A DNA stretch of 37,351 nt from Dehalococcoidia bacterium (GTDB taxonomy: Bacteria; Chloroflexota; Dehalococcoidia; Bin125): positions 1 to 37,351 of the forward strand of contig CAXXNO010000014.1 of NCBI GenBank assembly GCA_963663235.2, written 5' to 3'. A program made the position numbers and the translations under genes. Below the pieces are notes generated by a model that ran no database searches, was not told the DNA's origin, and worked only from the letters and a program-made list of their open reading frames with translations. Of the stretch, positions 18,511 through 28,400 are shown in pieces (the stretch's first letter is position 1; each line of letters starts with the position of its first letter).

Positions 18511-18584
18511 TTGACGGGACCGCGAGCGCCATCGACGCTTCCGGCGTGGCGGGAGGCGGTGATGCTGAACCTGCTGCGAGACAG

Positions 18585-19403
18585 TCAGAACCCCGTGAAA
18601 CGCGGCTCGCGCTTCTGTTGAAAGGCCTGCACCCCCTCCGCGTAGTCCTCCGAGAGCCACACGAGGGGGGAAACCATGCCGGAGAACTCCATCGCGCTGT
18701 CGAAGTCCATGGTCGCAGTCTTGTAGGCCATGACTTTCCCCACCTTCTGGCCGATTGGGGGGCCAGCCTCGATTTCCTGCGCATACGCTCTCAGTCGGTC
18801 CGCGAAGTCCTCCGCCGGGACGAGAAGGTTCGTGACACCCGCGGCATGGGCCTCCTCGGCCGTCATGAAGCGCCCGGTGAACATCATGTCCATCGCCTTT
18901 CGCAGGCCGAGGATGCGCGGGATGACCCAGAAGCCACCGAGATCCGCATGCGCTCCCCGTTTGGCGTACGCGACCTGATAGCGCGCGGCGGTCGATCCGA
19001 CGGCGAGGTCGCAGAGACAGGCGAGATCGAAGCCCGCGCCAACGCATGGTCCGTTGATCCCGGCGATGACCGGGATCTCCAGGCGGCGGAGCGCCGTAAA
19101 CGTGTTGATCGAGTGGCGAAAACGGAGGCGTGCGAACTCGGGATCGGGACCGTCGCCCTTGGGGGGCTCGGCGACATTGCGGGCCCCGCCGCTCATGTCC
19201 ATGCCCGAACAGAAGCCTCGTCCTGCGCCCGTGATCACCAGGCAACGTGCACTGCGGTCGTCGCGGATGACGTCGAAGACCTGCTTCATCTCGGCCAACA
19301 TCGACGCGGTCAGTGCGTTTAACTTCTCCGGCCGGTTCAGAGTGAGCCAGACGATCCCGCCCGTGGCGCCACGGCGGTCAACCTCGATGAATTCGTACTC
19401 CAT
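18585..19403 (-). CDS. Enoyl-CoA hydratase/isomerase (crotonase) family protein
   Basis: LTLNRPEKLNAL, ITGAGRGFCSGMD, PVIAGINGPCVGAG, EGVQAFQQKREPRF; RBS GGGAGG before ATG 19403. Confidence 0.92.
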   Translation of the reverse strand: MEYEFIEVDRRGATGGIVWLTLNRPEKLNALTASMLAEMKQVFDVIRDDRSARCLVITGAGRGFCSGMDMSGGARNVAEPPKGDGPDPEFARLRFRHSINTFTALRRLEIPVIAGINGPCVGAGFDLACLCDLAVGSTAARYQVAYAKRGAHADLGGFWVIPRILGLRKAMDMMFTGRFMTAEEAHAAGVTNLLVPAEDFADRLRAYAQEIEAGPPIGQKVGKVMAYKTATMDFDSAMEFSGMVSPLVWLSEDYAEGVQAFQQKREPRFTGF

Positions 19404-19658
19404 GCGCAGCCTCCCGTTCTTCTTAATGCATTTCAAGTCGATCATTCACGCGCAAGAGCGTGCGACCCCCGGACATCAGTCGAGCACCCGAACCGCTTTC
19501 CAGCATCCGTCAAAGGACGGATCGATCCGCAGCGCACCTCTTCTCGATAGCTACGACGTTCACCTCCTGCCGCTCGGACACCCCCCTTTCACCCCCTCGA
19601 CGCCAACCACGCGCTCGCCCCGCGGCACCAGTCGCGGAGGCCGCACAGCCCCGGGGCA

Positions 19659-21218
19659 TCAGGGCAGGTAAGGCGCGACGGGTGGCCCTACCTGTGCCGC
19701 CAGGATGCGCTGCGCGTCGTGGACGAACTCGACGGCCAGGGGACGGGTGTTGCGCGGGTCGATGATCTCCTGGCCGGTTGCCTCGGCGGTGCGGAAGGGA
19801 GAGGCGATCGTCTTGAGCCGCGCCTCGATCTTGCGCTCCTCCTCTGCCGGGTCCGGCGCTTCCTCGATCTGGCGTCGGTAGGCGGCGTGGGTTCCGCCCT
19901 CGATGTGCATGGAGCCCCAGCCGGCCGAGGGCCAGATGTAACGCTCGAACATCCCACTGGGCCGGTGCTGGCACGTGCCCGCCACGCCGTAGAGCTGGCC
20001 GACGACGATCGACAGCCAGGGCATCCGGCTGGCGAAGACGGAGATCATGAGGCGTGCGCCGGCGCGTTCGATTCCCTGCTTCTCCGATTCCAGTCCGACG
20101 AGGAAGCCGGGCTCGTCGGCGAAGGAGATGATCGGCAAGTGGAAGGTGTCGCAGAGCGAGAGCAGGCGGATCACCTTCTCGCCCTCGGCGACCCCGGTGG
20201 CGCCACCCTGCTGGTGGGGGTTGTTGCCCATCACCGCCACCGGATACCCATCCACGCGGGCAAGCCCGGTCACGCGTGCCGTGCCGTAGGTGGGCGAGAT
20301 CTCGAAGAAAGACCCCTCATCGACGACGGCGTTGATGATCTTGCGTACGTTGTACGGACGGCGCCGGTTGCGCGGCACCGCCTCCAGCAACCACTCGTCG
20401 CGACGCTGCGGATCGTCCGTCGGCTCCCCCCGCGGCGCCATCTCCCAGACGTTGGAAGGGAGATAGCTGAGGAACTGGCGGATCATCTCGAACGCCTCAT
20501 CCTCCGTCTCGGCCAGGTTGTTGATGGAGCCGCTCTGGTAGACGTGGATGCGCTGGTCGCCGAGATCCTCCTTGGTGATGTCGTAGCCCAGCGCCGCCTT
20601 GACCACCGGTGGGCCGCCGGGGAAGAGCTGGCTGATGCCCTCGACCATCAGGTTGAAGTGCGAACAGCAGGCCCAAACTGCCGGGATGCCCGCGACCGAT
20701 CCGAGCGCCGCCGAGACCACCGGTACCTCGTTCAGCGCCAACGTCTCATCCGCGATGGTGGGGCCGCCGTCCGGCACGTAGGTCCGCCCCATCTCCTCGA
20801 ACGTTCGCACGCTGCCCCCGGCCGCGTCGAGCAGCCGCACGTAGGGGATGCGCCATTCACGCGCGCGCTCAACCGCATGGGGCTCCTGCCCATCGCCGCC
20901 GAGATGACGCCCTCCCGATCCCCCACCGATGGTGAAATCGTTCGCTACGAGCGCCACCTTGCGGCCGTCCACGCGGCAGATCCCCTCGACACTCGTGCTG
21001 GGCACGAAGTCCGTCAGGTTGCCCTCGTCGTCGTATGTGCCCCACCCGGAGAGCCCCCGGATCTCCTGAAACGATCCCGGGTCGCCGAACCGGTCCACTC
21101 GCTCCCGCACCGTCAGCTTGCCACGCCGTCGCTGTCGCTCGATCCCACGCGGGCCGCCCATCTGGGCGGCGAGCGCGCGTCGACGCTGAATCTCGTCGAC
21201 TTCGGGTTGCCAGGACAT
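19659..21218 (-). CDS. Acyl-CoA carboxylase carboxyltransferase (beta) subunit
   Basis: MGG..GIERQ...GKLTVRER, NDFTI.GGS, GGPPVV, DEPGFLVG.ESE..G, IIDPR.TR; RBS AAAGGAG before ATG 21218. Confidence 0.92.
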   Translation of the reverse strand: MSWQPEVDEIQRRRALAAQMGGPRGIERQRRRGKLTVRERVDRFGDPGSFQEIRGLSGWGTYDDEGNLTDFVPSTSVEGICRVDGRKVALVANDFTIGGGSGGRHLGGDGQEPHAVERAREWRIPYVRLLDAAGGSVRTFEEMGRTYVPDGGPTIADETLALNEVPVVSAALGSVAGIPAVWACCSHFNLMVEGISQLFPGGPPVVKAALGYDITKEDLGDQRIHVYQSGSINNLAETEDEAFEMIRQFLSYLPSNVWEMAPRGEPTDDPQRRDEWLLEAVPRNRRRPYNVRKIINAVVDEGSFFEISPTYGTARVTGLARVDGYPVAVMGNNPHQQGGATGVAEGEKVIRLLSLCDTFHLPIISFADEPGFLVGLESEKQGIERAGARLMISVFASRMPWLSIVVGQLYGVAGTCQHRPSGMFERYIWPSAGWGSMHIEGGTHAAYRRQIEEAPDPAEEERKIEARLKTIASPFRTAEATGQEIIDPRNTRPLAVEFVHDAQRILAAQVGPPVAPYLP

Positions 21219-21296
21219 TGGTATCACTCCTCTTTCTGCGGCCGGCCGGCGATCGGACCGCGCCGACCACCGGTGTTCCAATTAATCGGCCCCGCC

Positions 21297-21437
21297 CACT
21301 CCGCCGCAACTTCTGCGCCTACATGAACGTCCCTGCCGCCGCCAAACACCAGGCATGGCTCGGGCAGGGAGAGCAGTTGGAGCCCATGTGGGAGACTTGG
21401 TCCTCCGGGGATCGCAAAGCCGCCGTCGCCGCCGCCG
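21297..21437 (+). pseudogene. Internal fragment of an LLM-class (F420/flavin) oxidoreductase
   Basis: RR...AYMNVP......WLG.GEQL.PMWE.W..GDRKAA.A. Confidence 0.55.
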
Positions 21438-21630
21438 CCAGCGCACCCAGGTTGTGCGTGTCGATCGTCGAGCCGTCGCAACCGAGATGCGCAAATCCCG
21501 TGTCGTCCGGCAGCACGATGAGGACGTTCGGATGCGGTCCATGCTCGTCCTCGGGGAGCAGCGGCCACCAGGGCTCGGAGTCCTGATAGGTCCGCCCAAT
21601 GCGGCCCTCGAGCGGTTCAGAAGGTCTCAT
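21435..21630 (-). pseudogene. Arylsulfatase N-terminal remnant (about 66 codons)
   Basis: MRPSEPLEGRIGRTYQDSEPWWPLLPED.HGP.PNV....DDTGFAHLGCDGSTIDT.N..ALAA, closely matching the N-terminus of 15479-17797. Sits directly after the permease genes. Confidence 0.9.
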
Positions 21631-21669
21631 CGAGTCCTCTCAATCGGCGGCTGCGCCGATGCGACCTCG

Positions 21670-22581
21670 CTAGCGATTGATGCTGTATGGGTTCGTCGCC
21701 TCGACGATGGCGTCGGCGAGGAAGTTCAGCGAGATCAAGATCAGCGACAGCATGCCGGTGGGGAATACCAGGTACCACCAGACTTCGCTGGTGAGCCAGC
21801 GCCGCCCCTCTGCCAGGAGGATGCCGATTGTTGGCGTCGGCGGTGAAGCGCCCAGGCCGAGGAAGTTCAAGGTGGCCTCGGCGATGACGGCGAACGCCAT
21901 GACCAACGCTGCCTGCACTAGAAGCGGCGGCAGCGTATTGGGCGCCGCGTGCCGCAGGACGACGCGAAGAGGGCTCGCCCCGAGGGCGCGTGCCGCCATC
22001 ACGTAGTCGCGCTCCTTCTCTTGCAACATCTGACCGCGTGCAAGCCGGGCAAAGACGGGAATCGCGCCGATGCCAAGGGCGAGCGCGACCTCCCTGGTGC
22101 CGGTACCGAGCACCGACAACACGATGATCGCGGTGAGGATGCCAGGAAACGCAAGCATGGTGTCGATCAGCCGCATCAGGACCGCCTCGGTCCAGCCGCC
22201 AAAGTACCCGGCCGCATACCCGATCGCGATGCCGATCGGCGCGCCGATTGCAACGGCCAGCCCGCTCACCCAGAGGGAGACCCGGAGGCCCATCGTCGTG
22301 CGCACGAGCAGGTCCCGGCTGAGTTCGTCGGTCCCGAATGGGTGGGTCCATGTGGGCGCCTTGAGGCGTTCGTCACGAATCTGCTGCTTGAAATCGAACT
22401 CCGACACCGCGGGGACCAGGAACGCGCTCACGATAAGTAGCACTATGATGGTGACCGCGATCTGACCGCGGCGTTCGCGCAGCACCCGGTAGGACACATC
22501 GAAGAGTTGTGAGCGTTTGCGACGCTCCTGGATGCGTTGGCGCATCGTGCGCGGGAAGGCAGGGCCGCTTGCCGCCATCAA
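21670..22581 (-). CDS. Peptide/nickel (Dpp/Opp) ABC transporter permease, DppC-like
   Basis: HPFGTDELSRD, DYVMAARALGAS..RV.LRH..PN, LNFLAD; overlaps the upstream permease stop. Confidence 0.93.
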   Translation of the reverse strand: MMAASGPAFPRTMRQRIQERRKRSQLFDVSYRVLRERRGQIAVTIIVLLIVSAFLVPAVSEFDFKQQIRDERLKAPTWTHPFGTDELSRDLLVRTTMGLRVSLWVSGLAVAIGAPIGIAIGYAAGYFGGWTEAVLMRLIDTMLAFPGILTAIIVLSVLGTGTREVALALGIGAIPVFARLARGQMLQEKERDYVMAARALGASPLRVVLRHAAPNTLPPLLVQAALVMAFAVIAEATLNFLGLGASPPTPTIGILLAEGRRWLTSEVWWYLVFPTGMLSLILISLNFLADAIVEATNPYSINR

Positions 22582-23525
22582 TGCACCCTGATCCGTGGGT
22601 CGGCAAAGCCGTACAGGATGTCAGCCAGTGTGTTCGCGGTGATGAACACCACTACCAGTACCAGCAGCATCGCCTGCACCAGCGGGAAGTCCCGACCGGT
22701 GACCGCGCCGACGATCAGGCCCCCGAAGCCCGGCCGGGAGAAAACAATCTCAATCACCAGCGCGCCCGAGATCAGCCCGCCGACCTGCAAGGCCGCCACC
22801 GTGATCACTGGAATCAACGCGTTACGCAGCACATGCCGCAACACCACCTGGCGATCGTGCAGGCCCTTCGCGCGCGCGGTCCGCACGTAATCCTGATTCA
22901 TGACCTCCTGCACCGATGCGCGCACGAAGCGCGCCAGTACCGCCGCCAGGGAGGACCCCACGGCAATCGTGGGTAGGACGAGGAACTTCATCGCCCCGAT
23001 CGGATCCTCGCCCACCCCCACACGACCCGAGACCGGCACCCAGTCCAACTGCACGCCCACGATCCAGAGCAGCAGCAGCCCCAATATGAAGTTTGGAATC
23101 CCCAGCGTGCCGATCGTGAAGAGCGTTGCGAAGTAGTCGGCAGGGCCCCCGGGTCTCAGCCCAGCGAATAATCCTAAGGGCACGCCGACGATCAGGGCAA
23201 AGAGGTAGCCCGCGACCGCGAGCTCGAGCGTGGGCACGACCGCCTGCTTGAGCAGATCGGAGACCGGGAGCGTTCGTGTGAAGGATCGCCCGAAGTCGCC
23301 CTGGAGGGCGTTCGCCAGCCAGTCGAAGTACTGCTCGTGGAGGGAACCGCCCAGGCCCAGCTGGCGGCGGGTCTCTTCCACCTGTTCGGGCGTCGCGTCT
23401 TCACCGGCGCGCTGCACGGCCGGGTCGCCGGGGATCAGGCGGATGACGAGGAAGATCGTGATGCTGGCTAGCAGCATGACGATGAGACCTTGACCAAGCC
23501 GACGAACGAGATACGCCGCCATCAC
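22578..23525 (-). CDS. Peptide/nickel (Dpp/Opp) ABC transporter permease, DppB-like
   Basis: YLVRRL, PGDPA, QGDFGRSF, DYVRTARAKGL, RHVLRNALIP, RDFPLVQ, DPRIR. Confidence 0.93.
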   Translation of the reverse strand: MMAAYLVRRLGQGLIVMLLASITIFLVIRLIPGDPAVQRAGEDATPEQVEETRRQLGLGGSLHEQYFDWLANALQGDFGRSFTRTLPVSDLLKQAVVPTLELAVAGYLFALIVGVPLGLFAGLRPGGPADYFATLFTIGTLGIPNFILGLLLLWIVGVQLDWVPVSGRVGVGEDPIGAMKFLVLPTIAVGSSLAAVLARFVRASVQEVMNQDYVRTARAKGLHDRQVVLRHVLRNALIPVITVAALQVGGLISGALVIEIVFSRPGFGGLIVGAVTGRDFPLVQAMLLVLVVVFITANTLADILYGFADPRIRVH

Positions 23526-24279
23526 CGCTCACCCTGGTCCAGCGCCAAGCAGACGCGGGTTCAGTATCCTCCCCCGTCGGGGGCACCGCGCGCGTCGCTA
23601 CCCGTGGTCGGACTGCGGAATCCAGTGACACCGCCCACCGATCGAGTCGAGCCGAGGATGGTAGATGCAGGCTAGGTGACCGACGATCGGCGCTGCTAGC
23701 GAGATAAACGTCTGGGTAAGCAAACGTATGCGGGAACGAAACCACGCAGAACCATTGCCGATCTGGCCGGGTGGATGGCCAACACGTCCGCGCGCCAGTG
23801 ACCTGCCTCGGCCGGCCCAGAATCCTATCCGGGTGACCAAAGATCGACCGGCGCAGACTTCCGCCCGGATCCGAACCATAGAATCGGAATCAATGCAGCA
23901 ATCGCGCCGTGTGGCGGACCAAAGCCCCGTCCGGGCTCAGGCCGCCCAGCGGTAGGTGTGATGGAGCCTGCCGAGCACCGGTTCGCCGACGACCCGCGAG
24001 CCCGGCTGCCGCATGAACGGTTGTCGGCCGGTGGCTGTGGGACCACAAAACCCGGATCGGCTCCCGTTTACCAGATAGGGAACTCTGCCGGTCCCCAACT
24101 CCGTCCGCGGTGCCTGAGCGCCCGGCGACACGGAGCCTGCGGACGGAGGTGATCGGTGTGGGACCACAAGAAGCGGATCGCATCTGAAATTGCGCCGCAA
24201 CGCCCGCTCGTCGAACCTCTGCAGCACGACTACGGGATCGCGTGCGGATGCTCGCGCCTACGGCCGCTCAATTACCCGT

Positions 24280-24700
24280 GGGGGGCAAAACCTTACGCCG
24301 CCTACTGATACTCGTGATGGAGGCCGCTTAACACCGCGTGCCGATGCAGCTTGGCGCCCGGGAAGCGAACGATCCGTGGTCGTCCCTCAGGGGTATCGAG
24401 CCCGAGGGAACGATGCAGTCGCACGGTGTCGTAGTGCCCCACGTACCCGCGCACCACGTGGAGCAGATACCGCTCGTTGATCGGGATGAGGTGGTCGAAG
24501 CGCTCGCGCCTGAGCGTCCCGATGACCCGCTCCGCGATGGCGTTCGCGTTGGGCGCCTGGACGGGCGTCAGGAGGCTGGTGATGCCGATGCCCGCGCCGC
24601 GCGCCGCGAAGTCGCCGCCGTAGCAACGGTCGCGGTCCCGAATCAGGAAGCGCGGCTGGCGGCCCCAGGCCGTGGCCTCCATGACTGCTGCCACAGCCAC
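24280..24700 (-). pseudogene. Degenerate integrase-core (rve, IS481/IS3-like) transposase 3' fragment
   Basis: PRFLIRDRD..YG.DF, TP.QAPNANAIAERVIGTLRRE..DH, HRSLGL.TP, VLSGLHHEY*. Confidence 0.85.
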
Positions 24701-24965
24701 GCGGCCGTCGGATGGCGGGCGCCGCCCCCCGCTGGTGCTGCACCCCACGCTCTCCCCCGAGGAAGAGAGCGCCGTTCGCTAGCGGCGCCGGCCTCAACGC
24801 GACATAATCAAGCATCAAGGGACGACCGCGACAAGGGGCGGAGGCACCGACTACCATTCGGGCCCGGGGGAAAAGTAGGGTCTCTAGGCAACTCCCTTCC
24901 GACCAGCGTCGTTCTGTCTCTGTCTGGGAAAACGGCATGCCACCCGCGGGTCGCGAACGGAAGTC

Positions 24966-25877
24966 ATGAACCTCCAGCTGCTCCGAACCCTCCTTGCGGT
25001 CGCCGAACACGGGAGCTTCAAGCAGGCAGCCGCGATGTTGAATTTCACGCCCCCGGCCGTCTCCCAGCAGATGCGCCGGTTGGAGGCTGAACTTGGGGTG
25101 GCGCTTTTTGAGCGCCGTGCGACCGGGGTCGCCCTAACACACGCCGGAGAGCAGCTCCTTCCATTTGCGGCCCGGATCGAGGAAGAGATGTCGAACGCGA
25201 AGCGTGCGCTTCGCGAGTCCGCAGCGGATGCGGAACACGTCCGGATCGCGGCGTCCCCGTCAATGGCCCGCTACGTGCTGCCGTGGCTCCTGGATGATGC
25301 ATTGCGACGCCACCGATTCGGGCTTACGACGGTGGTCACGGACAACCACCGCATCGTCCTCGCCGAGGAACGAGAGGTCGACTTCTGCATCTGCCATAGT
25401 TCCTTGGTCTCACGGAAGTTGGAGAGCAGACACCTCCTCTCCGCGCGTCTCGTCATGATTGGGCGCCCTGACCACTATCTGAGCGGCAAGCGGCGCGTAT
25501 CAGCCCAAGAGGTCGCCGCCGAGACGCTCATCAGTGTCGAGTCTCGAACTCCGATCGCGAGGCTTGTACATGACTGGGCTGCTGCGCAAGGGGTGGACCT
25601 TCGGGCGTCGCTCGAGATCGACAGCTTCGACGCGGTCAAGGATGCTGTGGCACGCGGCAGCGGGATCGCCGTCGTGAGCGAGGTCTCCAGTGCGAAAGAG
25701 GTTCGGGCGGGAGACCTCAGTGTGATTCCCGTCATCGGTTTTCCCCTGGCCTATAGCCAGTCGATTGCCTGGCACCGCGGAGCCGAACACTCCCGCGGCG
25801 CCCTCGCTCTGCTTGAGGCGGTAGAAACAGGGGAATGGACCGATCGCGTGCCGGGACTTCGGCACGAGATGGCCTAG
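24966..25877 (+). CDS. LysR-family transcriptional regulator
   Basis: MNL.LLRT..AVAE.GSF..AA..L..T.PAVSQQ.RRLE.ELG..LFER HTH plus substrate domain. Confidence 0.95.
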   Translation: MNLQLLRTLLAVAEHGSFKQAAAMLNFTPPAVSQQMRRLEAELGVALFERRATGVALTHAGEQLLPFAARIEEEMSNAKRALRESAADAEHVRIAASPSMARYVLPWLLDDALRRHRFGLTTVVTDNHRIVLAEEREVDFCICHSSLVSRKLESRHLLSARLVMIGRPDHYLSGKRRVSAQEVAAETLISVESRTPIARLVHDWAAAQGVDLRASLEIDSFDAVKDAVARGSGIAVVSEVSSAKEVRAGDLSVIPVIGFPLAYSQSIAWHRGAEHSRGALALLEAVETGEWTDRVPGLRHEMA

Positions 25878-26051
25878 GACGATCACCAGGCGCTCGGCTC
25901 GCGGGGTCCACTCGGCGCTGCCGTCTCGTATACGTTTGCTTATTCGCACGTTTACCTCCCTGGCATCCGTCAGCATCGGTTCCTTAGCGTTCGGAAAACC
26001 CTTCGTGGCTGAGCCTGCAACGCGCAGTATCTCCACGCAGAAAGGACCGAC

Positions 26052-27725
26052 ATGAGCGAGTACAACAAGTGGAATAGGGCACGAAACAGCCGCATCAGCC
26101 GGCGCACCCTGCTCCGGGCGACCGGCCGCGCAGGCGTCGGCGCGGCCGGCTTGGGGCTGGTCGGCTGCGGCGACGACGACGACGATGCCGCCACCGTCGC
26201 CACGGAGCAAGCGGAGGAGGAGCCGGAAGAGCAGGCCCAGGCCGAAGAGCAGGCCGTGGCGCAGCCGGTCGCTCGCGGCGGCCACCTGATCTGGGGGACC
26301 CGCACATCGTTCGAGACCTGGCGCGGGCCCTACCGCGCCAGCGGTCAGTACAACCACGTCACCCATGGATTCTGGTCCACGCTGACTCGTTACAGCGAGG
26401 ACTCCCTGGACCCGGTGCCGCAACTGGCCGAGTCTTGGGAGTTCAACAACGACCAGACCTCGCTGCAGGTCAAGCTCCGCCCTGGGCAGGAGTTCCACAA
26501 CGGCAAGCCGCTCGACGCGGAGGCGGTCAAGGCCAGCATGGAGCTGATCTCCGCCGAGGGCACGAACACCAGCCAGGTCCGCGGCGTGATGAAGTACATA
26601 GACAGCATCGAAGTCGTGGACAAGACCACGCTGACCTTCAACCTGGCCTGGCCGGGTCCGCTGATCTTCGACGTCTTTGAGTACGCTACCGTTCACGACC
26701 CGGACGATCTGGAGTCGTACCAGAACGTCGAGAGCTTGAACGGCAGCGGTCCGTTCAAGTTCAACTTCGACGAGTTCCAGCCGGGCGAGTCCTTCCTGGG
26801 CGAGCGACACGAGAACTTCTGGAGCCCGGCCGTCCTGGACTCCATCGAGTGGCGCGTCTTCCAGGACCAGGAGACGATCGGGCTCGCGCTGGAAGCGGGA
26901 GAGATCCACGCCACGGACGCCCTCACGCACGCCGACTTCCTGCGGCTGCGGGACGACGACGACCTCGTCATGCGGCTCGCCAACTTCGGCGCTGGCATGA
27001 ACGTGCTGGGCATGGTCACCACGAACAACGGGGGCGGGCACCCGGCGCTGGACGATCCGCGGGTCCGCCGCGCGATCTACCGCTCTATCGACAGGCAGAC
27101 GATCGTCGACAACGCGTTCTCCGGCGTGCCGGAGCGAATCAACTACATGTGGCCGACCTTCTCGGACGGCTACGTCGCGGAGTTGGACCGCGACTACTAC
27201 AACCCCGACGAGGCGCGCGCGCTGATGCAGGAATCGGGCTGGGAAGGGGAGGAGATCCCCATCGTGGCGCGAATTGGCAACGCGGGCGAGAACGCGATGG
27301 CGCAGATCATCCAGGCCCAGGGCGCTGACGCTGGAATCAACTTCGTCATCCAGGGCATGGAACCGGCAGAGCGGGGCGAGAAGTTCGTCGCGGGCACGCT
27401 GCCCGGCTGCTACGTCGGCGGCTTCGGCTTCTACGGGCTCCAGCCCGAGACGCTGTTGAATATTAACTTCCAGATGCGCATCCCCAACTCCTGTGCCTAC
27501 GACACGCCGGAATACCGGGCGGTGATCGACGGCCTGGGCGCAGCTCCGTCGGCCGACGAGCGGGCGGCGCTCCTGGCCGACGCCAACGAGATCTTGTCGC
27601 GCGAGCCATGGATCGTGCCGCTCGCGACAACGAGTTGGGTGTACGCCTGGTCCAGCCGGGTCTCCGGCTGGAAGTTCGACGTGGACATGTACATGGACAT
27701 GTACAACCTCGCGATCGAGGCCTAG
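26052..27725 (+). CDS. Family 5 ABC transporter substrate-binding lipoprotein with Tat signal
   Basis: SRRTLLR twin-arginine, LVGC lipobox, PQLAESWE, LRPG..FHNGKPL.AE.VK.S, GSGPFK, D.RVRRAI; RBS AAAGGA. Confidence 0.93.
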   Translation: MSEYNKWNRARNSRISRRTLLRATGRAGVGAAGLGLVGCGDDDDDAATVATEQAEEEPEEQAQAEEQAVAQPVARGGHLIWGTRTSFETWRGPYRASGQYNHVTHGFWSTLTRYSEDSLDPVPQLAESWEFNNDQTSLQVKLRPGQEFHNGKPLDAEAVKASMELISAEGTNTSQVRGVMKYIDSIEVVDKTTLTFNLAWPGPLIFDVFEYATVHDPDDLESYQNVESLNGSGPFKFNFDEFQPGESFLGERHENFWSPAVLDSIEWRVFQDQETIGLALEAGEIHATDALTHADFLRLRDDDDLVMRLANFGAGMNVLGMVTTNNGGGHPALDDPRVRRAIYRSIDRQTIVDNAFSGVPERINYMWPTFSDGYVAELDRDYYNPDEARALMQESGWEGEEIPIVARIGNAGENAMAQIIQAQGADAGINFVIQGMEPAERGEKFVAGTLPGCYVGGFGFYGLQPETLLNINFQMRIPNSCAYDTPEYRAVIDGLGAAPSADERAALLADANEILSREPWIVPLATTSWVYAWSSRVSGWKFDVDMYMDMYNLAIEA

Positions 27726-27856
27726 TGCACTGCGACGAGGACAAGACGAGGGGCGGTCGCTGCCTGGCGACGCGCCCGTCGCCGTCTCTGCCGAGGATCG
27801 TCCAGACCGAAGCGGGCGACCCGGCGGGGACGTGAGAGCGGGAAGCGAAGGCGTCG

Positions 27857-28150
27857 GTGGAGGCGTTCGGCGAGCGGATCGGTCGCACGTTCCGGGAATC
27901 GGAGCCCTGGTGGGCGACGCGGCGGTCGGTGAGACGCGCATCCCGGAGCTGGCCGGCCGCACCATCCACCAGCGCCGGGGTGGCGGGTCGTTCGGGCTGG
28001 ACCGGCTCTCCCCCGTCAGCGACAGCTATGAGGCGCCATTCCCGTTCAGCGGCACGATTCACGTTGTGGAGATGGGGATCACCCCGGTCGCTCGTGCGGC
28101 CGGCGCGCTGGCGCAAGCGGGGGCGCAGTCAGGAGATTCGCGATGGCGTC
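27857..28150 (+). pseudogene. Internally deleted arylsulfatase copy (N-terminal ~18 codons fused to the C-terminal ~78 codons)
   Basis: ...FGERIGRTFRESEPWW joined at GTGG (27910) to a near-identical copy of 30225-30457. Confidence 0.85.
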
Positions 28151-28400
28151 AACGGAGCGGTTCGAAGGCAAGATCGGGCGAACCTACCGGGAGTCGGAGC
28201 CGTGGTGGTCGCCGCGCCCGGAGGACGCAGAAGGCGAGCGCCCGAACGTGGTCATCGTGCTGCTGGACGACACGGGCTTCGCGCACCTGGGCTGCTACGG
28301 CTCGACCATCGACACGCCCAACATCGACGCGCTCGCGGCCAACGGGCTGCGCTTCTCGAACTTCCACGTGACGCCGCTCTGCTCGCCCACGCGCGCCGCG
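27910..28400 (+). repeat. Direct repeat of about 0.4-0.5 kb, second copy at 30225-30715 (period 2315 bp)
   Basis: Only 2 differences seen over 27910-28142 vs 30225-30457. Similarity stays very high through the sulfatase 5' ends and then decays. Confidence 0.9.

Noticed and set aside
27682-27705. 12-bp tandem TGGACATGTACA x2 in the SBP C-terminus
   Set aside because: In-frame micro-duplication with no evident functional consequence.
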